From the human T2T-CHM13v2.0 reference genome, Homo sapiens, in the NCBI RefSeq assembly GCF_009914755.1, contig NC_060927.1: a stretch of 64,000 nt of DNA. One strand, written 5' to 3'. Positions 16,166-33,553 of the stretch are shown piece by piece (within the stretch, counting starts at the first letter, position 1; each line of letters starts with the position of its first letter). The position numbers and the translations under genes were made by a program. The notes beneath the pieces were generated by a model. The model had not been told where the DNA came from. It was given only the letters and a program-made list of their open reading frames with translations, and did no database searches.

Positions 16166-17595
16166 CTGAAAACATGGAGGAGAGAAGACAGAAAGATTCC
16201 CATCAATTTAATAACCACTTCTTTGGATAATCATCAAAATGATATAATTTATCATACAGACCCTTTTCAACAGGAAGATCAAACACAGAATTTAAGAATT
16301 GCCTTTTTCTTTCAAGAAGTAATAAAATTTCTTTCTTAAATTCAAAGTGCTCAGAAGCCTGAATGTATAAATTCACTTAATATGCTAATTTATTTCAGTA
16401 CTCTACACTAGATTTCCACAGTCCTCCAGCCTATGAAAGAATTCAATTTGGATGAACTGAGAAACTGTTAGCCTTTAATAACCATACTTGTTCCAGCCCC
16501 TTAAGCTTGTGTTATCTTGGGACATACTGTCACCTACTAAATAGGAAAACATTATGGGTTTCTTTCCCTAAAAATGCATCTGTCATTTTGTATAGGCTCT
16601 TAGTCTGCTTAGAGACAGACACAAAACCCTGGCTGTCGGTTTCACTTCCTAAGCACATATCTTCCAACCAGAATTATAATACACAACTTTATCGCTCACT
16701 ATTCAGGTCAACCCACAGTGATACCAAGGACACTGAATCTGAACATCTTTAATAGATTTAGACCACAGCCATGATCACAAAGATTAGGTTTGCTTCAAAT
16801 TGATAGAGGCTCATTTTTATGTTCTCCTTCCTTTAGGTCTCAGAGGTAACACAGCAGGCTTAAAATCTCCAAACCTGTCTCACACTGCTATATTATAGAA
16901 TTGATGCTTCTTTAAAAACTTTTTATTTGAGAATGATTTTTCCCCGTTATTAGGGAAAAACTTTGTTTAGACACATTACACTGCTAATTTTCTATATTTA
17001 GTAATCCCCAAGAAGACAACATCTCATTCAAACGCATCATTGTCAATATTTATAGTGTAATTAACTGTTTTTAAAATTGGCATTGTCTTTTCTACAGCAC
17101 TTCCGTTCCCCCTCCTTCCCACTTTTCTAATCTCGGTATTGCTCCTCTCTAAACTACTCTACATATCTTTCAGTGAAAAAAAACTATCATTAAACAATGT
17201 TAAGAATAAATACAGTAAAAATTAGGTAAGATGATTTCAGAGTATGCTCCAGACCTAAAAATTCCACCCTACTTGCACTAAATGATATCATAAATTCATT
17301 TAAAATACAACGTCTTTCAATCCATAGTCAGAGCTAAGGTTTAAAATGCAGAAGTATTAACACTATGGCAGTATTATACCCTGATGTATATACATATATG
17401 TAAACATAGTATCACATTTACCCTAAGGCAATGTCTTCAAAGTGGGATGAACACATGGGGAGGGGGAGTGATATGCAACAATCCACTGAAGTGCAGGAAG
17501 AAAACATTAGAACTTTCACCTCATCCCCTTAAAATGTTATTTTTGTGCATGTCTCATTATACAGTAGTATAGTAACATATTTATATATTTTCTAA

Positions 17596-18160
<565 letters not shown>

Positions 18161-18162
18161 CA

Positions 18163-18469
<307 letters not shown>

Positions 18470-19451
18470 AAACTACATATTTTTAATCTAAATAGTTAAG
18501 AGTCAAACTCCAAATGGAGGAATGATTGAGTATACTATCACTTCATATGGAACTACAAGAACATTCATTTGTTCATTCATACATTCAACAAAGACTGAGC
18601 CAGGAAAATTGCTGGGAGTACGTCAGGGAGACAGCGATGAAAAAGACAAGGTTCCTATCCTACTGGAGCCTCTATTCTTGTGCAAAAGGCAGGTGAATTT
18701 TCATGAAATATAGTTTACCATTATTTATGCTAGTGCTTTCTGTGTCCTGAAGAATCCCTGCCCAGGCTAAAGTTGCACAAATACTTTCTTATGTTTCCTT
18801 CTACATCTTTATAGTTTGTTTTTACATTTAGTTCGTCCCAAATTAGTTTCTGTGAGTTGTATGACATAGGGGTTGGAGTTCTTTTCTTTCTGTATGTTTA
18901 TACAATTGTCCCAACACCATTTATTGAAGACTCTCCTTTTTTCACTGAAATGCCCTGGTACTTTGTTGAAAATCAGTTGACCATAAATATATGTGTGTGA
19001 GGTTGTATTTCTGGACTGTCTGTTGATTCATTTTTTTCATTGATCCATTTGTCTATTCTTATACCAATAATACACTATCTTGATTACTGTAGATTTAGAG
19101 TAAGTCTTGAAACCAGGTAAAGAAACTCTTCAACTTTAGTTTTGTTCAAGATTTGTTTGGGTTTTGCTTTTTCATATAGATTTTAGAATCCATTTATCAT
19201 TTTCTATTAAAAAGAAGTGTTGAGAGTTTAACTTGGATTGTGTTGAATCTATAGACCAATTTCAGGAGAATGATACTGATCATGTCTACTCACATGATAT
19301 GTATCTCCAATTATTTAGGCTTTGCTTAATTTCTTTTTTAATGTTTTATAGTTTTCATTTTAGAAGCCCTGCACATCTTTTGTTAAATTTATTCCTAAGT
19401 ATTTTGTCTTCTGACACAATTGAAAATGAATTTCAAAATTTCATTTCCCAG

Positions 19452-19777
<326 letters not shown>

Positions 19778-19929
19778 TCATTTGGTTCTAGTATATAGAC
19801 ATTCAATTGATTTCTCTATATGGTACTTGTTTCCTCTGACCTTTGCTTAATTCACTCTTGAGTTCCAGTAGTTGTTTTGTAGATTCCTGAGGATTTTATA
19901 CATAAACAATCATGTCCCGGAGTGAATAA

Positions 19930-20258
<329 letters not shown>

Positions 20259-20680
20259 CTTTCATTTCTTTTTCTTGCATTACCGCAATGGCTAGGGCCT
20301 TCAGCACATCTTAAATAGAAATCATTACAATATATACCCTTGCTTTATTCCCAATCACAGGGAGAAAGTGTTCATTATGACCTTATTAAGTATGATGTTA
20401 GAGCGTAGTTTACTTTATCACACTGAGGATGTTGTTTTCCATTCTACTTTTTTAGACATTCTTTTTTCAATCATGAAAGGTTGCAGAATTTTGTTAAATG
20501 CCTTTTCTATACTGGTTGAAATTATCCTGTTGTTTTTCACCTTTATTCTGTCTATATATTTAATTATACTCATTGATCTTCAAATGTGAAATGAACTTTG
20601 TATTCTTGGAGGAAATTTCAATTGGGCTAGTATTTTGTTGAAGATTTTTATGCTGTAAAAGAAAAAATAAAATGATATGT

Positions 20681-22730
20681 GCCAGCAGATGGCTGAATAG
20701 GAACAGTTTCGGTCTGCAGTTCCCAGTGAGATAAATGCAGAAGGCAGGTGATTTCTGCATTTCCAACTGAGGTACCCGGCTCATTTCACTGGGACTGGTT
20801 AGACAGTGGTTGCAGTCCATGGAGGGCAAGCCAAAGCAGGGTGGGGCGTTGCCTCACCTGGGAAGTGCAAGGTGTCAGGGAACTCCCTCCCCTAGCCAAA
20901 GGAAGCCGTGAGGGACTGTGCCATGAGGAACGGTGCATTCTGGCCCAGATACTATGCTTTTCCCATGGTCTTTGCAACCCACAAACCAGGAAATTCCCTC
21001 AGGTGCCTACACCACCAGGGCCCTGGGTTTCAGGCAAAAAACAGGGCAGCTGTTTGGGCAGACATCGAGCTAGCTGCAGGAGTCTTTTTTCGTACCCTAG
21101 TGGCACCTGGAACACCAGTGAGACAGAACCCTTCACTCCCCTGGAAAGGGGGTTAAAGCCAGGGAACCAAGTGGTCTTGCTCAGTGGATCCCACCCCCAT
21201 GGAGGCCAGCAAGCTAAGATCCACTGATTTGAAATTCTCACTGAGAACACAGCAGTCTAAAATCAACCCAGGGCACTAGAGTTTGGTGGGGGAAGCGGCG
21301 TCTGCCATTACTAAGGCTCAAGTAAGCAGTCTTCCCCTCACAGTGAAAACAAAGCCACCAGGAATTTCGAACTGGGCAGAGCTCAGTGCAGCTCTGCAAA
21401 GCCGCTGTAGCCAGACTGCTTCTCTAGATTCCTCCTCTCTGGGCAGGGCATCTCTGAAAGAAAGGCAGCAGCTCCAGTCAGGCACTTATAGATAAAATTC
21501 CCATCTCTTTGGGACAGAGCACCTGGGGAAAGTGGTGGCTGTGGGTGCAGCTTCAGCAGACTTAAATGTTCCTGCCTGCCGGCTCTGAAGAGAGCAGCAG
21601 ATCTCTCAGCACAGTGCTCGAGCTCTGCTAAGGGACAGACGCCTCAAGTGGGTCCCTGACCCCTGTGCCTCCTGACTGGGAGACACCTCCCAGCAGGGGT
21701 CAATAGACACGTCATACAGGAGAGCTCTGCCTGGCGTCTGGCAGGTGCCCCTCTGGGATGAAGCTTCCAGAGGAAGGAACAGGCAGGAATCTTTGCCGTT
21801 CTGCAGCCTCTGCTGGTGATACCCAGGGAAAGAGGGTCTGGAGTGGACCTTCAGAAAACTTCAGCAGACCTACAGCAGAGAGGCCTGACTGTTAGCAAAA
21901 AACTAACAAACAGAAAGGAATAGAATCAACATGAATGAAAAGGATGTCCACACAAAAACCCCATCCAAAGGTCACTAACATCGAAGACCAAAGGTAGATA
22001 AATCCGCGAAGATGAGGAAAAACCAGCACAAAAAGGCTGAAAATTCCAAAAACCAGAACACTTCTTTTACTCCAAAGGATCACAACTCCTCGCCAGCAAG
22101 GAAACAAAACTGGACAGAGAATGAGTTTGAGGACTTGACAGAAGTACGCTTCAGAAGGTGGGTAATAATAAACTACTCTAAGCTAAAGGAGCATGTTTTA
22201 ACCCAATGCAAGGTAGCTAAGAACCTTAAAAATAGTTAGAGGAATTGCTAACTAGAATAACGAGTTTAGAAAAGAATATAAATGACCTGATGGAGCTGAA
22301 AAACACAGCACAAGAATGTTGTGAAGCATACGCAAGTATCAATAGCCGAATCAATCAAGCGGAAGAAAGGATATCAGAAAATGAGGATCAACTTAATGAA
22401 ATAAAGCGTGAAGACAAGATTAGAGAAAAAAGAATGAAAGAGAATGAACAAAGCCTCCAAGAAAGATGGAACTATGTAAAATGACCAAACCTACATTTGA
22501 TTGGTATACCTGAAAGTGACAGGGAGAATGGAACCAAGTAGGAAAACACTCTTCAGGATATTATCTAGGAGAACTTACCCAACCTAGCCAAGACAGGCCA
22601 ACTTTCAAATTCAGGAAATACAGAGACCACCACAAAGATACTCCTCGAGAAGAGCAACCTGAAGACACATAATCCTCAGATTCTCCAAGGTTGAAATGAA
22701 GGAAAAAATGTTAAGGGCAGCCAGAGAGAA
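20681..22730 (+). mobile_element. L1PA7/8-type 5'UTR plus most of ORF1; 3' ~4 kb absent
   Basis: AGATGGCTGAATAGGAACAG start, ~1.3-kb 5'UTR, ORF1 MRKNQHKKAENSKNQ at 22012; stops abruptly at GCAGCCAGAGAGAA with no poly-A or TSD. Confidence 0.9.
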
Positions 22731-23414
22731 GTAACTATTCTTAAATAGTTGTTTTTAACACTTTTATTCATTTTCTATTTTACAGATGAGAAAATAAGAC
22801 TCCAGAAATTACCAGCCCATGGATATACAGTTAGTAAGTAGCAGAGACAAGTGTTACCATTCTGTCTTTGAACTTAAAATCCACTGCCATTTCTGTCATG
22901 CAACACTATGCCGACTACTATTCCAGGCTGAAGCAGTTTCATTTGTTCACTGTTTACCAAGAGACTAGTATAGACATCGTGCTAAGTGCTCCGAATACAG
23001 CAGTACCAAGGATTCCCTGGTTTCTGTCCTTATAGAGTTTACAGTATGGTGAGAACCACAGAACCATATTATATTCTTAAGATAATACTTGTTTCTCTGC
23101 TGAAAACCACTCCCCTTTCACTTCTCCCTCTCTCTCACTGCTTTAGAACCTCTTCCTGCTTCATTCTGGATCCAGTTTTCCAATAGGTTACAAATTTGTG
23201 CCTCCATCCATGATCCTGTGTAAGGCCTTCCAGAAGGATGATCTCCAAGCTAGCAAGACTGGAGTGTAAACTACTGAAATGTGTTAATTCGTGTAAAGAA
23301 AAAAAATCTATCAAGTATCAGAAGGATTTGTTGACTTAGCATATAATCCAAATGACTGACTTAGACTTCAGTGTAAGATGCATACATTTTCCAAAAATAT
23401 CATTATTAAATATC

Positions 23415-23645
23415 AATTATTGAACATTCTCTATATGCCAACAATGTATTAAGCACTCTATATACTTTATCTAATTTAATCCTCCCATAAACCCTACAAG
23501 ATATCTACTATTATTATTATCATCTATTTTACAGATGAGGAATCTAAAGCTTAGTTAGTAAGGCTAGGTATCTCTCCCCAAACCACACATTCAGCAGAGT
23601 GCAGATTTAAACTCAGATCTAATTAATCCCAGTATCCACCTTCTG
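23415..23645 (-). mobile_element. MIR relic
   Basis: ATTTTACAGATGAGGAATCTAAAGCTTAG core. Confidence 0.7.
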
Positions 23646-24073
23646 AAGTACATGCTTGCTTTCTTTTTGGGGCAGGTGATCCCTATAAACACATGCATAG
23701 TAGAATGACCTTTCCTCCTGGGAACAAGATATTTAATATCTAATGGCTAAGATGCCTACCCTACACTGTGTTTGAATGGACACAGTTCATGTTTACCTTT
23801 TGTGTGTATGTGTGTATGAGATTATCTTCTTTCCATCCACAAATCCTTCCTTTTGATAGGTAAAAAAAAGCTCTGATCCAATGATTATTATCTTACAACT
23901 AAAATTTTGGAGGCGAATCTTATTTTCCTCATTCCCAGGCTCCTGGGGGTAACCTCATACCTCACAATAGGCCTCACATACTTACTTCAAATCCTCTCAG
24001 TTATTAGCGAGGACTCCTGAGAATCACTGATTGCTGGTCATCATGAGCATCTGAACTTCACCAATCCAATTAG

Positions 24074-24397
<324 letters not shown>

Positions 24398-24481
24398 CAA
24401 AGTCACTTTCTTAGTGGTTTCATATCTATTTTTTTCCTTTGGTTTCTTACAGTTACAAAGTTCAGGTCATTTGTTGCTTGA

Positions 24482-24818
<337 letters not shown>

Positions 24819-26084
24819 CCCAGTGTTTTATCTCTCAGTCCATTCTTCATGTGGACCAGCCATGGAGACTGAATGTCACCCCTAAGTTCCAATTTCTTTT
24901 TTGGCATCTTATAGTCTATGGAATAAAGTCCAAGTTTCTTGTCTTGTTTGTTATTCAGGGACCTCCAAATTCTGACCCTTATCCACTACCCCAGTATCGC
25001 CTGTCACCACATTCCTGTATGCTACCCTCTGCTCCTGTCAAACCCCATGAAGAAAAATGTGCAGGACAGAAACCAGGGGGTTAGCACCCGAGACTCCAGG
25101 AGAGAACATCCGAATTGGTACAAGAGGAAGAGAGGAAACGCAGAAGAAAGCCAAGATTGGTTGCTGGGAGTTTTAATATGAGACATCAAGAAGACCTCAG
25201 CAGGGGAGAAATCAAGGATATAATTATAAATAGTTAGAAGAGGATGGGACATGGAAGAGCAACATCTAAATCCCTACCATGTGCCAGAACCTGCATACCA
25301 TTTTACCTGTGTTATCTCATTTATTCCTCCCAACAACTCTTTGAAATAGGAATGAATATTTACATTTTACCAATGTAGTGAGAGGCTCAGAGACATTAAG
25401 CAACTTGTTCAAGGTCTCATAGATAGTACGTAGCAGAGCCAGGAGACCTACTAAAGCCTAAAATGATGAGGCAAGAGCAATAATGGTAAATTATTTACAA
25501 GTCTATCTGACAACTCCAAGGTTAGTAGTTACCTGGCTCAGTGTTTTTAAAAGGTTGCATGCTTCCTCTGGGAAGGAAAGAGAGCAGCAGGCCTGCAACC
25601 ATTTACTTTACTTTACTAAAGGGCATTCCAGAAAAAAAAGATATAAGACCAGCCAAAACTCCCTGTAAACATGAGCGAACTTCCCTGGCAAATGCACCAG
25701 TGGTATTAGGGGAAAAGTTATTAATGGAAAGCCTTTTGCAGGATATACCTGATACGTCTAGGACTGCTTGTAGTCAACAAACCTGGAATCCATGGGCTTA
25801 TGGGGGCATCGCTCCCCGAAAAATGCCACATAAGCTACAAATATATGAAGTAGCCAAAATAAGCTCTCTTTGGGCTGGTAGCTCTCCCTCAGGTATTGCT
25901 CGGAGAACTTACCCATTAAATCTGGGCCATGTGCATTTAGAAAGGACTGGATCTCCTTCTGCTTCATGTGTACTTCATGACTTATATCCTTGAGAATATT
26001 TATAAAATTCAATACTGAGTAAGGTCTCCAATTCTTGTGAGTTTTTTGGCCAATGCAATCCTTAGAGATATCTCATATACTTGG

Positions 26085-26582
26085 CTGTGTTGTGCAGCGT
26101 CTTTAGGAAGCACATCTCCAAAAGTAGAATTTAAAATACGGTGCAAGTAGTCTATTTCAGAGGTAATCTCATGAAGCAGGAGTGAGGGAGCAGGGAGAAT
26201 AGGACAACAAAGGAGGAAAAGGCAATATAAGAATGTACTATCAGTGACAGCACTACAAGTCACAGGGGCTCCATTCCACTGGGACTTCTGAAGACATGTA
26301 CAGAACAGCCTACAGAATGGACCACCTGAAGGGTGGGAGATGGGAGCACATAATCACTGACTCCCAATCCCCAAGGGTTACGGGATGCCTTTAGGGGCCT
26401 TAACTCCCCAGTATTTCCAAGTTGTATATTGGAACTTGGGTCCATGGGTGAAGTGGGCCTCCACAGCATCAAAGGAGGCTCTAGGGTGCACTTGCACTAA
26501 CTTGCACCAAACTGTCAAGTGCAGCTGATAGCAGAGGTGGGTCCAGAGGACATGACATGGGACACTGGAGTGGACTGCCACA
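26085..26582 (-). mobile_element. LTR33-like (ERVL) solo LTR
   Basis: GTGCAAGTAGTCTATTTCAGAGGTAATC...GGGGCTCCATTCCACTGGGAC motifs; ends ...CTGCCACA. Confidence 0.6.
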
Positions 26583-27003
26583 ATGACAATACCAGTATGC
26601 TTCCTGCTACTTAAATGTATGACATTCTTTTCTATTTTCATGCCTTTGCTTATGCACTTCCCTTGGAAAGCCCCTTCTCTCTTTATTATGCCAACTGAAA
26701 TTATATTCATCTATCACAGTTTGAGTTGAAATGCCAGCTCCTCCCTGAAAACTTCTTCGATCTCCAGATTTTAATCACATTTTTTATTGACTTGCTACAG
26801 CATGTTTTTTAACTTCTATTACTGAATTTTTTCATTCCCCTTTGTGGTTTTGGTCCATGACTATAGTCCACTTTATGAGCCATGAACTGATGCAAATATG
26901 CACATCTTTTCCTTTGTTTTCACAGTTAAATAACATGTAGTCCCATATATTCCAGTTTTGTCACTTGGTAGTAATGTTCTAATTGAGTTTAAAAGGGTTA
27001 CTA

Positions 27004-30317
<3,314 letters not shown>

Positions 30318-30594
30318 AAAAGGGTTACTAGAATTTGGTGTTCCAAAGCTCACTTTAGAGTTTAGATAAGTTCCTCATGTTAACTTCCACAAAAACGTCT
30401 GAGTGCCCCGAAAGGCTGGGCAATTTGCAAAGTTCCTAGTGGACACATATAAAACATGATGGTTAGGGGGTAGGGTAGGGATGGAATTTCTGGAAATTTG
30501 GGAGGAAAACCATTTATTACAAATTCATCATCAGCGTTGAGTTCATTGTAGTTTTCAAGTAGTGCTATTCTTAGTTTTCAGTGATACGTTATTA

Positions 30595-30887
30595 CAGTAG
30601 TCCCCCTCATCTGTGGTTTCATGTTCCAGTGGTTTCAGTTACTCAGGATCCAAAAATATTAAGTGGAAAATACCAGAAATAAATAATTCATAAGTTTTAA
30701 ATTGCATGCTGCTCTGAGTAGTGTGATAAAATTTCTCATCATCCTACTCCATCCCACCCTGGATGTGAATTCTCCCTTTTTCCAGTCTCCACACTGTAGA
30801 TGCCACCCACCTGTTAGTCATTTAGCAGCTGTCTTGGGTGATCAGATTGACTGTCACCGTATTGCAGTGCTTGTATTCAAGTAACCA
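30595..30887 (+). mobile_element. MER44/Tigger7-family DNA transposon fragment
   Basis: TA|CAGTAGTCCCCC terminus, CCAGAAATAAATAATTCATAAGTTTTAAATTGC...GTGCTTGTATTCAAGTAACC; right end missing. Confidence 0.8.
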
Positions 30888-31289
30888 TCATCAACTTGGG
30901 TGGCTGTGGATTGTTCATTGAACCCTGTGGAATTCTGGCCTTTAATTTTCTATTAACTAAAACATAAGTGGCTCATAGATGCCTATGTAATCCTCTCTCT
31001 ATCAATGTCCCAACCTCCTTACTGGAAAGTGGGAATGGGTGGGGTTGCAGGCTATGACATCTTTTATTCTGCTCCAGTGAGTCTTGATTTAAAAAAAAAA
31101 GTGTGGGCGTCAGGCTGTTATATATAAACTCTTCTACTAGCCTGTAAGCACCCCAGGGAACTGAGATCACATCCTGCTTATCACAGTACTCTCACAGAGC
31201 TAGGTTCAGGGGTTTATAATTAATTAGGAAATATTTGCTAAGTGGCCTTTTTTGAAGCCCTACCAGAGTTACATATTGGCTCATCTTCT

Positions 31290-31625
31290 TATTGAGCACC
31301 TACTTGCTCTCAAGTCTGGACGTAGATACTGGGGATTTCACAGTGAAAAAAACAAGGTCTCCAGCTTGTTCTAATGGAGAAGATAGTAATAAATAAACTA
31401 GTCCACATATAGTATGTCAATTCCCAATAAGGACTATGGAATAAAAATAAAGGATGAAAAAGTGATACAGACTGATAGGGGTGGGAAGTATTATTTTAGA
31501 AAGGGTAGTTAGGGAAGGCCTCTCACATAAGGCAACGTTTAAGCTGAGTTGAGCGAAGTAGAGGTAGGAACCATGCACACATCTAGGGGAAAAGCATGCA
31601 AGACAGAAGACTGTGTGAAAAGCCA
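31290..31625. mobile_element. L2 relic
   Basis: TTATTGAGCACCTAC...AGGGAAGGCCTCTC motifs. Confidence 0.65.
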
Positions 31626-32139
31626 AAAGAAAGATTCACTCCTCTGCTATAGTGTATCTTTCAACGTAATCCAACACATTTATTAAGAGGTGGGTCCTCT
31701 AGACTGCAAAACTCAATAGGAATCAAATGCTAGGCTCACAGCATGAGGTTTATCTTCACAGAACTCAGATTTTGGTTTGCACAAAATAGTTCTCAGTTAA
31801 GTCTAATCATTATGGCTCCGATGTCTGGAAGAATTTCTAAATGATCATGTGCCCAGCTTAAGACAGAGATATTAGGACTAAGCCATCCATATGGTGATGA
31901 GGGCTTATGCTACTGTCTTTGCAAAAATAAATATGCAAACCTTCCCCTATCTCATAATCAAGAATAGTTGGCTTTGGGGGGAAAACAAAATCATGTGCAA
32001 AGCTTAAATGGTTCTAAAAGCAAGCTGAATTGCTACTTTAAAAAAATTAAAATTAGTCATTCATGAGAGAGAGAATATAAATGCATATGTGTGACTACTT
32101 AAAAGCTTCATTACACTTATGTGCTTTTTTGGGGGCAAT

Positions 32140-32224
32140 TTAGTTGCTGCAAGGAGGCTGCTTGTAAAACAGCTCTTCACTTGTAATACAGGCTTGATTT
32201 TCACCATCAAAAACCTCCTGTAAC
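32140..32224 (-). CDS. Weak candidate exon start (LQEVFDGENQACITSEELFYK...), no canonical donor found
   Basis: Strong acceptor tgtctctttcttctttgttag|G in repeat-free DNA; phase-2 frame runs 27 codons to TAA. Confidence 0.25.
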
Positions 32225-33324
32225 CTAACAAAGAAGAAAGAGACAAGTAACACTAGCATTACTCCTCTTGTACTTAAGGATTCATTTTTAAAAAACACCA
32301 TATATGAGTTAATACATTGTTACATACGTAAGTGAGCATTCACAGCTAAGGGTCAGCAATGTGATAGAAAAAGTAATGAGACTATGTTGAGAGAAAATGG
32401 GGTAGTTGACGGGAAAATCAACCTCATTTATAATAATATTCTAGTGATCAGCAGGTTTATAACTCAGCTATGGTCATTAACAGCATTCATTTCAAACTTA
32501 ACATCTACATTTGCAAACCACTTGAAAGTAAAATTACTTTTCAATTCAATTTTCAATTTGCTTTTAGAGCTTCATCTTTGATTGACAGTTTTTTTCCACA
32601 ATGGCAGCTCCATGAGAATTTGAGTAAATGGTAGCACCCATCCAAGAGTGTAGATAAACTCATTTATTCAGATTACCTATTCACCTTTCTTCTGTATGTA
32701 CAATCATTTACAATCATTTGCAAATGCTCACTTCAGGTTAGAGTGAACTTGTAAAACTGATCTCAGACTTCTGATGATTTGATTCATTTATAGAATCATC
32801 TGTTCTTTAAGCCAAAATGGTTTTTATTTTTCCTCATCATGACCTAAAAATTACAAAATTAGGATGCACATTTTCAGTGATGGTATCAAATAGCTCTAGG
32901 TACAGTTACAAGGAAATAGTGAGATTGCAAAATAGCCTGTTTAAATATGTAAAACGTTTCGATATATATTATATGGCTGTGTACTGAGTTTAACGGCCAA
33001 TAGAAGATGGTTCTGTGGCCTCCCTTACACATTCATTCTAATGTTGCATGATTAGTATAGGGAATTTCATTCCATTAGTTTTCCCTTCTGCTGAAGTTTA
33101 AATTCACTGAAGATTCTTCTGTCTTTAAAAGAGAAGAGAAGCAATTCTGAACCCAAGACACTTTAGTGTGCTTATTAAAATACACTGTAGCTCATTTCTT
33201 TTTTTAATGGTTAACATTCTTTACAATGCATATTTTACACCTATGATTTTAAATTAATAACTGGCACTCTTGGAACCTTTCTTTGAATACCATTTGATTC
33301 CCTTTTTAAAAACAGCTTTATTTC

Positions 33325-33410
33325 AGAATTCACCACTATATAATTCATTAAGGTAGCAAAAAACCACTTGTACCCAAAAAACTATTGAAATAAAAACTAA
33401 AAAAAAAAAA
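33325..33410 (+). mobile_element. ~85-bp extreme 3' end of an L1PB/L1MA element
   Basis: TTCACCACTATA...AAAAACCACTTGTACCC...CTATTGAAATAAAA plus poly-A, inserted in the tail of the older L1. Confidence 0.7.
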
Positions 33411-33553
33411 CTTTACTGAGGTATAATTTACATGCCACAAAATTTACCATATTTTGTGTAAAATTCAATGATTTTTAGTATATTTAAGGACTTATGCAAC
33501 CATCACCAGAGTCCAACTGTAGAACAATCCCATCATCTCAAAAAGATCCCTTA

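Noticed and set aside
17174-17225. Plus-strand segment with pyrimidine tract/AG and AG|gtaaga
   Set aside because: Very A-rich, no partner exons on the plus strand, and opposite to the better-supported exon.
25541-26263. ORFs 25541-25993 (+), 25758-26012 (-), 26009-26263 (-) and donor ATGG|gtaagt at 25913 as a host exon
   Set aside because: Acceptors are weak, the open frame ends in phase 1 (the next good exon needs phase 2), the phase-2 frame has a TGA, and part lies in an LTR33-like element.
30461-30484. GGTTAGGGGGTAGGGTAGGGATGG as telomere-like or G-quadruplex element
   Set aside because: Only three runs of 3+ G and too short to distinguish from chance.
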